A DNA stretch of 64,000 bases from an uncultured bacterium (GCA_905215065.1 CAJMOF010000005.1:23589-87588), one strand, 5' to 3'. Positions 9,674-20,067 are shown, counted from the stretch's first letter. The notes: generated by a model not told the origin, from the sequence alone. A program made the numbers and translations.

Positions 9674-10903
9674 CTACACGCGCGTCGCATCCTTGGGGCT
9701 CATGGTCATGCTCTGGAAGCGGTTTTCCATGTACTCGTTATCGAAGTGCTCTCCGTAGAACTGTGCGACGGGAATGTCCGGCTCCGTGTCGTTAACGCGC
9801 TGGTACCAGTAGTCGAGCGACTGCAGCGTCATGACGCCGTCGACCAGCATGATAACGGTAAAGATGACGGTGGCCGAGTAGCGGCTCTTCCAGGGGATCT
9901 TGTTGATAAGCTTAAGCAGCCTCGGCAGCAGCAGCTTGATCCAGATGAGGCCGCCCAGGCCCCACAGGCAGGCGAAGCCCGTGCAGGTGCGTCCGCCCGT
10001 GAGGACCACGAGCGGATCGGGCAAACCGAACAGCGTTATGTGCGAGTAGCTCCACGAGACCACGCCAAACGCGGTCTGCATAAACCAGCCCACGAACACC
10101 TCAAAGCTGGCGCCGAGCAGGGCGCTCACCAGGAAAATGATGATGGGGTTCTTTTTGTAGAAGCGGTTAAGCACCATGGTCATGAGCACGGCGCCAAATC
10201 CGTAGATGGGGCTGAAGGGGCCAAACAGCATGCCGGCGCGGTTCTGATAGACGCCCGGGTCGTTGACCGTCATGTGCCAGATGTCCTCGGCGATCAGGCC
10301 GAGTATGCAGCAGACAAAGAACACCCAGAACAGGTTGAAGTAGTTGAGCTTGATGTAGCCCTCGCCGGTTTCATCGCGGCCGAGCATGCCCTCGGCGGCG
10401 GCGTCGCGGTCGAGCATCTCCTGCAGGCGGCGCTGCAGTTCGCGCTCCTGACGCAGCGTGGGGTCGACGGTTGCCGAAAGTGCAACAAGGATGCCGAGCT
10501 GGATCGCGGGACGCAGCAGGAAGGGCCCGATGCCCTGGAGCATCACGTCGACCAAAAGCTCGACGACGGTGAATGCAATAAGGATGTAGGACAGGCGGGC
10601 GGCGTTGCGGCGCTGGTTTTTGATAAGGTCCAGGCCAAAGATGATTAAGATGACGGCACTTGCCGCAGAGAGCATGATGCCGGCGACGATAAGGCCGACT
10701 GCGACGAGCGTGTTGTCGCCGAGCTTTTCGGTGGCGTTGCCGTTAACAAGTGCCGTGATGACCTGCCACATAAAGGCAGCGACCGACGGGAGCGTGCCCA
10801 CGCCGGAAAGGATGCACAGGACGGCGTACACCTTAATGATGAGGGGAATCTTCTTGACCTCTGTGGCGCTGGGGACGCTGGGGTCGAGTTCGTTTCGATC
10901 CAT
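9674..10903 (-). CDS. Multi-pass integral membrane protein (C-terminal half resembles the CmpB / putative ABC-transporter type IV family)
   Basis: Eight or more hydrophobic spans. The C-terminal region YGFGAVLMTMVL..FEVFVGWFMQ..SWSYS is typical of that family. Confidence 0.55.
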   Translation of the reverse strand: MDRNELDPSVPSATEVKKIPLIIKVYAVLCILSGVGTLPSVAAFMWQVITALVNGNATEKLGDNTLVAVGLIVAGIMLSAASAVILIIFGLDLIKNQRRNAARLSYILIAFTVVELLVDVMLQGIGPFLLRPAIQLGILVALSATVDPTLRQERELQRRLQEMLDRDAAAEGMLGRDETGEGYIKLNYFNLFWVFFVCCILGLIAEDIWHMTVNDPGVYQNRAGMLFGPFSPIYGFGAVLMTMVLNRFYKKNPIIIFLVSALLGASFEVFVGWFMQTAFGVVSWSYSHITLFGLPDPLVVLTGGRTCTGFACLWGLGGLIWIKLLLPRLLKLINKIPWKSRYSATVIFTVIMLVDGVMTLQSLDYWYQRVNDTEPDIPVAQFYGEHFDNEYMENRFQSMTMSPKDATRV

Positions 10904-11189
10904 ACAGAACCTTTCTCGCTTTGTTGTAGGTTATAAGGATACGCCGCCGACCTGCCAAAAGACAGGGCGAACGTCCCAATTGCAACTTTGTAATCCCCAA
11001 CGGCGGACGCGGCGGCCATCTGGGGGCGCGGGCACTTACACTGGACAGACCGATAAAATGTTTGGCAACAAAACTGATTATTAGCTCGGTGGGCTTTTAA
11101 AAAGCGCTGCTCATGCGCTGGGGAGCACGTCGCGCCGTGCGTATAATAAGGCGGGTAACGCCAAAAATACGAGGCTCTGAGGGGATACC

Positions 11190-12860
11190 ATGTCTCAAGA
11201 AACCATCCGCGCGGCCGAGCGTGCCGCGGGACAGGTGAACACCATGTCGACGTATGATCCGGACTCCGACCAGCTGCATGAGGAATGTGGCATTTTCGGC
11301 GTATGGGCGCCCGATCGCGACGTGGCTCGACTGACGTACTTTGGCCTGCGTGCGCTGCAGCACCGTGGCCAGGAATCGGCTGGAATCGCCGTGGGTGACG
11401 GCGGCACGGTTATGGTCCGCAAAGATCTGGGCCTGCTCGACCGCGTGTTCTCCAACGCCGACCTGTCGACGCTCTCCGGCCAGCTGGCCGTGGGTCATGT
11501 GCGCTACGGCACTGCCGGCGCCAAGAGCTGGGAAGCCTCTCAGCCGCACCTCTCTACCATCAATAGCGTCATTATCGCGCTCGCGCACAACGGCACCCTC
11601 GTCAACACCGACGAGCTGCGCCGTCAGCTGATCGAGCTGGGCGTGCCGTTCCTCTCCAATTCGGATTCCGAGGTCGCGACCAAGCTTATCGGCTACTTTA
11701 CCCAGCGTACGGGCCACCTGCGCGAGGGTATTCGCAAGACCATGGAGCTCGTGCGCGGCGGCTACGCCATGACGCTCATCAACGAGCAGGCGCTCTACGC
11801 ATTCCGCGATCCACACGGCATTCGCCCGCTCGTGCTGGGCAAGCTGGTGGACGAGGGTCTGGACCAGGCCGATGCCGCAGCCGTTTCGCAGCTGCCGTCG
11901 CAGGACGGCGCCGCGACGGTCGACTCCGCCGTCCGTGTCACGCGCGCCGGCGGCTGGGTCGTTGCTTCCGAGACCTGCGCACTCGACATCGTGGGTGCCG
12001 AGTACGTCCGTGACGTCCGTCCCGGCGAGATCTTGCGCATCAGCGCCGAGGGCCTGGTATCCGAGCAGGGCGTGCCTGCAGCCGAAGAGCCCGCCAACTG
12101 CATCTTTGAGCAGGTCTACTTTGCCCGCCCCGACTCCATCATGAACGGCAAGAGCGTCTATGCCTGCCGTTACGACATGGGTCGTCAGCTGGCACATGAG
12201 GAGCCTGTCGAGGCCGACCTGGTCATCGGCGTGCCCGACTCCGGCCTGCCGCCTGCGGAGGGGTATTCGCACGAGAGCGGTATTCCCTTTGGCGAGGGCC
12301 TTATCAAGAACCGCTACGTGGGCCGTACGTTTATCGAGCCTACGCAGGAGTTGCGCGCCATGGGCGTGCGCATGAAGCTCAACCCGCTGCGCGACAACAT
12401 CGAGGGCAAGCGCCTGGTCGTCATCGACGACTCCATCGTGCGCGGCACCACCATGGTGCAGCTCGTCAAGATGCTGCGCAACGCCGGCGCCAAGGAGATT
12501 CATATCCGCATCAACTCGCCCGAGGTCATCTGGCCGTGCTTCTACGGTATCGATACCGACGTGCAGTCGCAGCTCATCAGCGCCAACAAGACGGTCGATG
12601 AGATCTGCGAGTACATTGGCGCCGATTCGCTGGCCTTCCTTTCGGTCGAGGGCCTGCTGAAGGTCATGCCCAAGGGCGGCTACTGCGATGCGTGCTTTAC
12701 CGGCCGCTATCCCGTGGCGATTCCCGAGAGCTTTGGCCGCGACAAATTCATGGAGGGCTTTAAGCCCCGCAACCTGGACAAGCCGCTACACTTTGACGAC
12801 GACGCCGTGGTCGAGAAATATGACGACCGCAGCTGGGAAGAGGAACACGGTGAGGCCTAA
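11190..12860 (+). CDS. purF: Amidophosphoribosyltransferase
   Basis: Ntn CGIFGV active-site start, PRTase fold motif VVIDDSIVRGTT and C-terminal Cys cluster. The true start may be ATG 11244 (MSTYDP..). Confidence 0.93.
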   Translation: MSQETIRAAERAAGQVNTMSTYDPDSDQLHEECGIFGVWAPDRDVARLTYFGLRALQHRGQESAGIAVGDGGTVMVRKDLGLLDRVFSNADLSTLSGQLAVGHVRYGTAGAKSWEASQPHLSTINSVIIALAHNGTLVNTDELRRQLIELGVPFLSNSDSEVATKLIGYFTQRTGHLREGIRKTMELVRGGYAMTLINEQALYAFRDPHGIRPLVLGKLVDEGLDQADAAAVSQLPSQDGAATVDSAVRVTRAGGWVVASETCALDIVGAEYVRDVRPGEILRISAEGLVSEQGVPAAEEPANCIFEQVYFARPDSIMNGKSVYACRYDMGRQLAHEEPVEADLVIGVPDSGLPPAEGYSHESGIPFGEGLIKNRYVGRTFIEPTQELRAMGVRMKLNPLRDNIEGKRLVVIDDSIVRGTTMVQLVKMLRNAGAKEIHIRINSPEVIWPCFYGIDTDVQSQLISANKTVDEICEYIGADSLAFLSVEGLLKVMPKGGYCDACFTGRYPVAIPESFGRDKFMEGFKPRNLDKPLHFDDDAVVEKYDDRSWEEEHGEA

Positions 12861-12898
12861 AACCTGCCATTTAGGACAGGTTTATTTTGGTAGGTTTT
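12859..12898. repeat. REP-like 40-bp palindromic element, copy 1 (at the purF 3' end)
   Basis: AAAACCTGCCATTTAGGACAGGTTTATTTTGGTAGGTTTT. Related copies at 23919 and 24082. Confidence 0.65.
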
Positions 12899-13014
12899 AC
12901 CTGCTGTTTTGTTGATATGACGGCGCGTGCTGTTATGGCGCGCGCCGAAATGGGGCAACTATGAGCACCGTTTGGCGCCTGCTCGTCAGACGGTAGTGGG
13001 AGAGGGAGACTCAG

Positions 13015-14118
13015 ATGAGCGACAGCAAGCATGTGACGTACGAGGACGCCGGCGTCGATACCGCCGAGGGCGGCCGCGCCGTCGACGCTATTAAGCAGAT
13101 GGTCAAGGACACCAACCGCCCCGAGGTCATCGGCGGCATCGGTGGCTTTGGCGGCCTGTTCTCGGCCGCCGCGCTTAAGGATATGGAAGACCCGATCCTG
13201 ATTAGCGGCACCGACGGCGTGGGCACCAAGCTCGTGCTCGCCCAGATCATGGACCGTCACGAGACGGTGGGCCAGGACCTGGTCGCCATGTGCGTCAATG
13301 ACATTTTGGCTTCGGGCGCCGAGCCGCTGTTCTTCCTGGATTACGTTGCCATCGGTCACATTGAGGCCGAGCACATGGCAAAGATCATCAAGGGCGTGGC
13401 CGACGGCTGCAAGCTCGCGGGCTGCGCGCTCGTGGGCGGCGAGATGGCCGAGCACCCGGGCGTCATGGCTCCGGCCGACTACGACCTCGCCGGCTTTACC
13501 GTGGGCGTCGTCGACCGTCCCAAGATGCTTGATCCCGCGAACGTTCGCCCCGGCGACGTGATCCTGGGCCTGCCCTCCACTGGCGTGCACTCCAACGGCT
13601 ACTCGCTCGTGCGCAAGGTCATCGGTGTCGACGGCATCAAGCCGGGTACGCCCGAGGCCGCCGCTAAGGCCGAGGAACTGAGCCGTCCGCTCGAGGAGCT
13701 CGGCGGTGCTTCGCTGGCCGACGCTCTGCTGGCTCCTACGCGCATTTATGTGAAGCCGATTCTTGAGCTGCTGCGCGGCGGCGCCAACGTGCATGCTATC
13801 GCCCACATCACCGGCGGCGGTATTACCGAGAACCTCAACCGCGCGCTCGCCGACGACGTTGACGCCGTGGTCACCCGCAACGGCGCCGAGATGGGTTGGG
13901 ACGTTCCGCCCGTTATTACTTACGTGTCGCGTCAGGCCGAGCTCGCGCCCAACGAGGCATGCAAGACCTTCAACATGGGCGTCGGCCTGTGCCTGATCGT
14001 CGCCCCCGAGGACGAGGCTGCCGTGACCGAGGCTCTGGTCGCGCTGGGCGAGAAGCCGTTCCGCGTGGGCGAGTGCGTCGAGGGTTCCGGTAAGGTCGTG
14101 TACTCCGATGAGCGCTAG
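13015..14118 (+). CDS. purM: Phosphoribosylformylglycinamidine cyclo-ligase (AIR synthetase)
   Basis: YEDAGVD, GGFGGLF, GTDGVGTK and DYVA motifs. Confidence 0.93.
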   Translation: MSDSKHVTYEDAGVDTAEGGRAVDAIKQMVKDTNRPEVIGGIGGFGGLFSAAALKDMEDPILISGTDGVGTKLVLAQIMDRHETVGQDLVAMCVNDILASGAEPLFFLDYVAIGHIEAEHMAKIIKGVADGCKLAGCALVGGEMAEHPGVMAPADYDLAGFTVGVVDRPKMLDPANVRPGDVILGLPSTGVHSNGYSLVRKVIGVDGIKPGTPEAAAKAEELSRPLEELGGASLADALLAPTRIYVKPILELLRGGANVHAIAHITGGGITENLNRALADDVDAVVTRNGAEMGWDVPPVITYVSRQAELAPNEACKTFNMGVGLCLIVAPEDEAAVTEALVALGEKPFRVGECVEGSGKVVYSDER

Positions 14119-14809
14119 CGAGCAGATGGCTGCTGCCGAGGGCCTGGGCTTTGTGCCCTACACCCGTCCGACCGGCACCGATACGGCCGAGCCGCTCAAG
14201 ATCGGCGTGCTTATCAGCGGTTCGGGCACCAACCTGCAGGCGCTGATCGACCTTATCGCCGCCGGCAAGCTCAACGCCTCGATTGAGCTTGTAGTGTCGA
14301 GCCGTCCTTCGGCCAAGGGCCTGCAGCGCGCTGAGCGCGCGGGCATCCAGACGCTCACGCTGTCCAAGGATGTCTACGCCGACCCTATTGCCGCCGACGA
14401 GATCATCGCGCACGAGCTTCTCGAGCGCGGCTGCGAGTATGTGGTCATGGCCGGCTACATGCGCATGGTGCACACGCCGCTGCTGGCGGCGTTTCCCAAC
14501 CGCGTGGTCAACTTGCATCCGGCGCTGCTGCCGAGCTTTACCGGTGCGCATGCGATTGACGATGCCTTTGCGCGCGGCGTCAAGGTAACTGGCGTGACCG
14601 TGCATTTTGCCAACGAGATCTACGACAACGGTCCCATCATCGCCCAGCGCACACTGGCTGTTGAGGAGGGCTGGGATGTCGACACGCTCGAGGAGCACAT
14701 CCACGCGATTGAGCACGTGCTGTATCCCGAGGTCGTGCAGATGCTCGCCGATGGCCGCGTCCACGTGCTGGAGAACGGCAAGGTCGCAATTGATGCGCCC
14801 CGCGGCTAG
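14108..14809 (+). CDS. purN: Phosphoribosylglycinamide formyltransferase
   Basis: GVLISGSGTNLQALID, NLHPALLPSF and GVTVHF motifs. Overlaps the purM stop by 11 nt. Confidence 0.9.
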   Translation: MSASEQMAAAEGLGFVPYTRPTGTDTAEPLKIGVLISGSGTNLQALIDLIAAGKLNASIELVVSSRPSAKGLQRAERAGIQTLTLSKDVYADPIAADEIIAHELLERGCEYVVMAGYMRMVHTPLLAAFPNRVVNLHPALLPSFTGAHAIDDAFARGVKVTGVTVHFANEIYDNGPIIAQRTLAVEEGWDVDTLEEHIHAIEHVLYPEVVQMLADGRVHVLENGKVAIDAPRG

Positions 14810-14934
14810 CGGTGCACAGTGCAATTTAGTTGAGTGGTTAGGGTGGTCATTGGCGCCAAGGCGCGTGTGGCCACCTTTTGTTTTGGGTAGTCATCGGGGA
14901 CGTTCTTGAATGACTAGGTGAGAGAGGTGAGCGC

Positions 14935-15399
14935 ATGGCGGATAACGAAGCGCTGTTTGCGCCTGAGCTGGTGTTTTTTGATTGGGAGTGTGCGACGCCC
15001 GCCGAGGTGTTTGCGCGACTCGAAGGCGAACTTGCCCCACGCGGCTACATCTGCACCGGTTGGCTCGACGCCGTCCGCACGCGCGAGGATGCCTATCCCA
15101 CGGGCCTTGCCATGCCGGCGGCCAACATCGCCATCCCACACACCGACCCGGGGTTTGTGGCCAAGCCCTATATCGCGGTGGTAAAGCCCGCCGCGCCCGT
15201 GACGTTCAATGCTATGGCCGGCATGGGTGCCCCCGTGCCGGCGCAGATCGTCATCAATTTGGGTATTGCCGAGCCGGGCGGCCAGGTCGAGGCCCTGCAA
15301 GCGCTCATGAATATCTTTATGGACGCGGACGTCGCAGCCGATGTGCTCGGCCAGACCACGCCCCAAGGCATGGTCGACGCCATCCGCCGCCACTTTTAA
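14935..15399 (+). CDS. Stand-alone PTS EIIA component (fructose/mannitol/galactitol EIIA_2 type)
   Basis: REDAYPTGL..IAIPHTD phosphorylation-site context. 154 aa. Confidence 0.65.
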   Translation: MADNEALFAPELVFFDWECATPAEVFARLEGELAPRGYICTGWLDAVRTREDAYPTGLAMPAANIAIPHTDPGFVAKPYIAVVKPAAPVTFNAMAGMGAPVPAQIVINLGIAEPGGQVEALQALMNIFMDADVAADVLGQTTPQGMVDAIRRHF

Positions 15400-15586
15400 A
15401 GCCGGCACTTGGGGACTGTCCCTAACTGTCGGCAGAAAAGGAACGTCCCTAACTGACGGCTGCCAGAGCTGTCCCCTTTGCACCAAAATGGTGCAGATTA
15501 ACCTGTCCCCAATGCACCAAGCGTGCCGCGGGGGCTGCGTTGTGACACAATGGCGTTTGTTCGATTCGTTATGCGAAAGGCCAACT

Positions 15587-16807
15587 ATGGCAAATAAGAA
15601 AAAGAATCCCGCACCCGAGCCGACGCCCGAGCAGCAGGCTCGCGCCGCCTCCAGCTCTCGCAAGAAGCAGCGCAAGACCCGCGTGTCCAAGACCGTCAAG
15701 ATCGTCCTGGTGGTTATTGGCGTGCTAGCAATGCTGCTTTCTGTCTCGGCCATGGCGTGCTCTGGCCTTATGTCGCAGGCCGAGGACACCTCGGGCTACA
15801 AGCTGACCGGCGGTGTTGCTGCTACTATCAACGGCACCAATCTCACCGAGGACACCGTGACCAAGCAGATCATGAGCATGCGCACGTCCTACGGCTACAC
15901 CAAGGACAAGGACTGGGCGCAGTATCTGGTCGACAACGACCTCACGCCCAAGAAGTATCGCAAGCAACTCATCGACTCCTACACGCAGCAGATTCTGCTT
16001 CAACAGGCACAGAAAGAGAACGGCGTGACGGTGTCGGACGAGGAGGTCGAGAAGGCTTGGAAGGACGCGTGCAAGAGCGCGGGCGGTGCCAAGGCCTTTA
16101 AGAAGACCCTCAAGACCTACGGCTATACCGAGGACACCTACAAGGACTCGCTCAAGGAGAGCCTGGCACAGCAAAAGCTTAAGGATGCCGTCGCGCCCAC
16201 GAGCAAGCCCAAGGACAGTGAGATTGTCGATTACACCAACGCAAACCTGTCCAGTTATAACGACGCCCGTCGCTCGTCGAACATCCTGATCAAGGTTGAT
16301 TCCGACGCTTCCGACGAGGACAAGGCCGCCGCCAAGGCCAAGGCACAGGAGTGCCTGGACAAGATCAACTCCGGTGAGCTAAGCTTTGAGGACGCCGTTG
16401 AACAGTACTCCGAGGACACCGGTTCCAAGGAGAAGAAGGGCGATGTGGGCTGGGATAAGCTCACCACCTTTGTCGACAGCTACCAGACGGCGCTCGAGGG
16501 GCTCAACAAGGGCGACGTGAGCGAAGTCATCGAGTCGACCTATGGTTACCACATCATCAAGTGCACCGACTACTTCCATGTCGATAGCCAGGTCGATGAT
16601 ATCAAGCAGGTACCCAAGGCCATCAAGAAGTACGTCTCCAACGTGGTGAAGACGCAGGCGGCCAGCACTGCATATAGCGAGTGGCTTGAGCAGTACAAGA
16701 AGGACGCCGACATCACCGTCAACCCCATGCCCAAGGACGTACCCTACAACGTGAGCCTGAAGGGTGTCACCAAGAGCTCGACCGACAATTCGTCGACGAC
16801 TGAGTAA
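15587..16807 (+). CDS. PrsA/SurA-like peptidyl-prolyl isomerase (parvulin), membrane anchored
   Basis: Lys-rich N-terminus plus TM segment (IVLVVIGVLAMLLSV). SurA_N-like region. Rotamase domain (RSSNILIK..GDVGWDK..YGYHIIKC). ATG 15587 chosen. The 15341 ORF extension runs through repeat DNA. Confidence 0.75.
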   Translation: MANKKKNPAPEPTPEQQARAASSSRKKQRKTRVSKTVKIVLVVIGVLAMLLSVSAMACSGLMSQAEDTSGYKLTGGVAATINGTNLTEDTVTKQIMSMRTSYGYTKDKDWAQYLVDNDLTPKKYRKQLIDSYTQQILLQQAQKENGVTVSDEEVEKAWKDACKSAGGAKAFKKTLKTYGYTEDTYKDSLKESLAQQKLKDAVAPTSKPKDSEIVDYTNANLSSYNDARRSSNILIKVDSDASDEDKAAAKAKAQECLDKINSGELSFEDAVEQYSEDTGSKEKKGDVGWDKLTTFVDSYQTALEGLNKGDVSEVIESTYGYHIIKCTDYFHVDSQVDDIKQVPKAIKKYVSNVVKTQAASTAYSEWLEQYKKDADITVNPMPKDVPYNVSLKGVTKSSTDNSSTTE

Positions 16808-16861
16808 TCATGGGGCGGTGCTCGCGCGAGTGTCGCCCGCACTATTGAGGAGGATTTGCAG

Positions 16862-17305
16862 ATGACCAACGAAGAGCTGCAGCAGGAAATGATCGCCGCC
16901 ATGAAGGCCAAGGACAAGGTTCGCCTGTCCATCATTCGCCAGGTTAAGGCCGAGGTGAAGAACATCGAGGTCAACGAGCGCCGCGATGTGACCGAGGAAG
17001 ACGTCAACAGCATGATCAAGCGTCTGATCAAGCAGACGAGCGAGACGCTGGAGATGTCCATCAAGGCCGGCACCGACCAGGAGCGTACCGACAACCTGAC
17101 CGAGCAGGTCAAGATTCTGGAGAGCCTGCTGCCCGCGCAGGTTTCGGGCGAGGAGCTCGAGGCTCTGATCGAGCAGGTCATCGCCGAGCTGGGCGCCACG
17201 TCCAAGAAGCAGATGGGCCAGGTCATGGGCGCTCTGGGCAAGGCCACCGGTGGCAACTTCGACAAGCCTGCCGCGGCCAAGATCGTCGGAGCCAAACTCG
17301 CGTAA
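16862..17305 (+). CDS. GatB/YqeY domain protein
   Basis: MTNEELQQEMIAAMKAKDK..RLS..R..KAE and the C-terminal GKATGGNFD..AAKIV are characteristic. GAGGAGGA lies 7 nt upstream of the ATG. Confidence 0.85.
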   Translation: MTNEELQQEMIAAMKAKDKVRLSIIRQVKAEVKNIEVNERRDVTEEDVNSMIKRLIKQTSETLEMSIKAGTDQERTDNLTEQVKILESLLPAQVSGEELEALIEQVIAELGATSKKQMGQVMGALGKATGGNFDKPAAAKIVGAKLA

Positions 17306-17386
17306 TTTGTTACGCGGTTTTACCAAACCGCGTAACGGCTCGATGCTGCAAACCCGTACACACGGCAATCTGACGTTCAATTTCAA

Positions 17387-17420
17387 GGGCGCGACCATAA
17401 GGTCTGCGCCCTTTCATTTC
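17387..17420 (+). terminator. Terminator-like hairpin after yqeY
   Basis: GGGCGCGACC ATAA GGTCTGCGCCC followed by TTTCATTTC. A second hairpin, GTTACGCGGTTT/AAACCGCGTAAC, lies at 17309-17336. Confidence 0.5.
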
Positions 17421-17492
17421 ACGTCACCTTGCTCGCGTGTACGGGGTTTCGCTGACTTATGCTCAACAAGGGCGGTTGTACTATTTTCGGCG

Positions 17493-17559
17493 CTCATTGG
17501 GGACAGACTTAAATGAGTGCCCACTTCCCGGGTACTCATTTAAGTCTGTCCCCAATGAG
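17493..17559. repeat. 26-bp perfect inverted repeat separated by 15 bp
   Basis: CTCATTGGGGACAGACTTAAATGAGT (17493-17518) and ACTCATTTAAGTCTGTCCCCAATGAG (17534-17559). Confidence 0.8.
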
Positions 17560-17676
17560 TGCCTAATGAGTGGGTGGAAGATTGCGGGTTCTTTACGGGA
17601 ATGTAGTGGGGGCTGCGGAAACGTGGTTCTTTCCGTACAATAGTTCAACTCGTGTAAACGCAGGGAAGGGACATTC

Positions 17677-18408
17677 ATGGCAGACATGATCGAGATCAAG
17701 CATCTCAACAAGTACTTTGGCGACCTGCATGTGCTCAAAGATATCAACCTCACCGTCAAGCGCGGCGAGAAGCTCGTAATGATCGGGCCTTCCGGCTCGG
17801 GTAAGTCGACGCTCATCCGTTGCGTCGATTATCTGGAGGAGCCCACGTCGGGCGAGGTCATCATCGACGGTACGCCGCTTACCAAAAAGAATCACCTGGA
17901 GATGGCTCGCAAGTATAGTTCCATGGTGTTTCAGCAGCTCAACCTGTATCCCAACATGACGGTGCTGGGCAACCTGACGCTCGCGCCCATCAAGCTACAA
18001 AAGAAGAGCAAGGAGGAGGCGACCGAGATCGCCATCGCCGCGCTCAAGCGCGTCGGCATGGCGCATAAGGCCGGCGAGTATCCGCAGAACCTCTCGGGCG
18101 GTCAGCAGCAGCGCATCGCCATCGCCCGTGCCCTGTGCACCAAGCAGCCCATCATCCTGTTTGATGAGCCGACCTCGGCGCTCGACCCCGAGATGGTCCA
18201 GGAAGTCCTGGACGTTATGATTGAGCTCGCGCAGGAGGACATCACCATGATCTGCGTGACGCACGAGATGGGCTTTGCGCGCCAGGTGGCCGACCGCGTC
18301 ATCTTTATGGAGGACGGCCGCATTCTGGAGGAGGGCACGCCCGAGCACTTCTTCGATAACCCCGAGAACCCGCGCTGCCGCGAGTTCCTGTCCAAGATTC
18401 TGCACTAG
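17677..18408 (+). CDS. Polar amino-acid ABC transporter ATP-binding protein
   Basis: Walker [10 protein letters not shown], signature LSGGQQQR, Walker [12 protein letters not shown]. GlnQ/HisP-like. Confidence 0.9.
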   Translation: MADMIEIKHLNKYFGDLHVLKDINLTVKRGEKLVMIGPSGSGKSTLIRCVDYLEEPTSGEVIIDGTPLTKKNHLEMARKYSSMVFQQLNLYPNMTVLGNLTLAPIKLQKKSKEEATEIAIAALKRVGMAHKAGEYPQNLSGGQQQRIAIARALCTKQPIILFDEPTSALDPEMVQEVLDVMIELAQEDITMICVTHEMGFARQVADRVIFMEDGRILEEGTPEHFFDNPENPRCREFLSKILH

Positions 18409-18413
18409 GCGCG

Positions 18414-19292
18414 GTGATGGACATGACGGATATGACGAGGGCGGCCGTGTCGCGCCGTCACTTTTTGCAGCTGGCGGGCGCCGGCATGCTTGCGCTGACG
18501 GGGACCGCGCTTACCGGTTGCGGCAACTCCACCAGCGGCGAGGGCTCCGACAAGGGGTCCAAGCTTGCGGCCATTAAGTCGCGTGGACATCTGAATGCCG
18601 GCGTCAAGAAGGACGTTCCCGGCTATGGCTATTACGACACCGCCAAGGGCCGCTTTGAGGGCATGGAAGTCGATTTGTGCTACCAGATCGCCGCTGCCGT
18701 CTTTGGCGTGAGCTACAAGGAGGCCCGCGCCCAGGAGCTTGTCGAGTTTACCGACGTAACGCCCAAGACGCGCGGCCCGCTGATCGATAACGGCCAACTC
18801 GACGTGGTCGCGGCGACCTACACCATCACCGACGAGCGCAAGAAGAGCTGGGATTTCTCGACGCCGTACCGCACCGACTACGTGGGACTCATGGTCAAGA
18901 AGCGTTCGGGCTTTACCTCGATTGAGGACTTGGACGGCAAGGTCATTGGCGTGAGCCAGGGTGCCACCACGCAGGGCCTGATCGAGCAGATGATCAAGGA
19001 CAACGGCTTTAGCTGTAAGCCCGAGTTTAGGGCCTTTAGCGGCTATCCCATCATCAAGAGCTCGCTCGACGCCGGCAATATCGACGTCTTTGCCATGGAC
19101 CGCTCCACGCTGGCCGGTTACATGAACGAGACCGTTGAGCTGTTGCAGCCCGAGGTCAAGTTTGGCGAGCAGGGCTACGGCGTGGCGACCAAGAAGGGCT
19201 GCGACCTTTCGGCCGTGGTCGATCAGGTGATTTGCGATCGTCTGGCCGACGGCTGGCTCGACCAAGAGGTCAAGACCTGGGGTCTTGTATAG
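18414..19292 (+). CDS. Amino-acid ABC transporter substrate-binding lipoprotein
   Basis: Tat-like SRRHFLQ plus lipobox LTGC. Family 3 SBP motifs (DVVAATYTIT.ER, GVSQGATT). The exact start is ambiguous (GTG 18414 or ATG 18417). Confidence 0.85.
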   Translation: MMDMTDMTRAAVSRRHFLQLAGAGMLALTGTALTGCGNSTSGEGSDKGSKLAAIKSRGHLNAGVKKDVPGYGYYDTAKGRFEGMEVDLCYQIAAAVFGVSYKEARAQELVEFTDVTPKTRGPLIDNGQLDVVAATYTITDERKKSWDFSTPYRTDYVGLMVKKRSGFTSIEDLDGKVIGVSQGATTQGLIEQMIKDNGFSCKPEFRAFSGYPIIKSSLDAGNIDVFAMDRSTLAGYMNETVELLQPEVKFGEQGYGVATKKGCDLSAVVDQVICDRLADGWLDQEVKTWGLV

Positions 19293-19317
19293 GCGCATCG
19301 TCCAAGGAAGGAATCAA

Positions 19318-20064
19318 ATGCTCGAAGGATTATTTGACGCCGACCGTTGGTCGACGACATTTCAAAACATGGGGCCCTTCTGGGAGGGCTTTGGCGTGAC
19401 GCTACAGGTGGTCGTTGCCGGTCTGCTGCTGTCGCTGGTACTGGGCACGCTGCTGGGTGTGTTCTCTACCACCCGTTCGCGCGTGCTGCGCGCCATAAGC
19501 CGCGTGTACGTGGAGTTTTACCAGAACACCCCGTTGCCCGTGCAGGTGCTCTTTATGTACATGGCTGGTCCGCAGTTTTTGCAGGCCATAACCGGTGCCG
19601 ACCAGCCGGTGCGCATCGCGCCGTTCGTGCTGGGCTTCTTGGGCGTGGGCCTGTATCACGCGGCCTACATCTCGGAGGTCATCCGCACCGGTATCGAGGC
19701 GGTTCCGCGCGGTCAGATGGAGGCGGCGCAGAGCCAGGGCTTCACCCGTGCCCAGGCGTACTGGTACATCGTGCTGCCCCAGACGTTCAAGATCATTCTG
19801 CCGCCGCTGTGTAACCAGGCACTCAACCTGGTCAAGAACACGTCGGTGCTGGCGCTCGTGGCCGGCGGCGACCTTATGTATCGTTCCGACAACTTTGTGA
19901 GTCTGTACGGTTACCTGCAGGGATACATCGTCTGCTGCCTTATGTACTTCATCATCTGCTTTCCGCTCGCCATGCTGGTGCAGTGGCTCGAGCGCCGCTC
20001 CAAGGAGCGTCCGCGCGGCGTGAGCCTGGCCGAGCTGGGGCTCGACAACGTAGAGGAGGCCTAG
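19318..20064 (+). CDS. Amino-acid ABC transporter permease
   Basis: HisM/GlnP-type EAA loop (EVIRTGIEAVPRGQMEAAQSQGF). ATG 19318 is preceded by AAGGAAGG. Confidence 0.85.
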   Translation: MLEGLFDADRWSTTFQNMGPFWEGFGVTLQVVVAGLLLSLVLGTLLGVFSTTRSRVLRAISRVYVEFYQNTPLPVQVLFMYMAGPQFLQAITGADQPVRIAPFVLGFLGVGLYHAAYISEVIRTGIEAVPRGQMEAAQSQGFTRAQAYWYIVLPQTFKIILPPLCNQALNLVKNTSVLALVAGGDLMYRSDNFVSLYGYLQGYIVCCLMYFIICFPLAMLVQWLERRSKERPRGVSLAELGLDNVEEA

Positions 20065-20067
20065 CGC

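Noticed and set aside
15341-15586. N-terminal extension of the PrsA-like ORF. Similar upstream extensions occur for glmU (to 29498), pth (to 24853), folP (34991), the ecfS gene (31930), cobB (34156) and the reductase (39197).
   Set aside because: The extensions cross repeat or intergenic DNA or overlap upstream genes. Internal ATGs with good RBSs coincide with the conserved N-termini of the respective families.
17560-17676. Possible T-box leader upstream of the amino-acid ABC operon (AATGAGTGGGTGGAAG).
   Set aside because: After GGGTGG the conserved TACCGCG is missing. I see no specifier-loop, AGAGA or GNUGGA elements.
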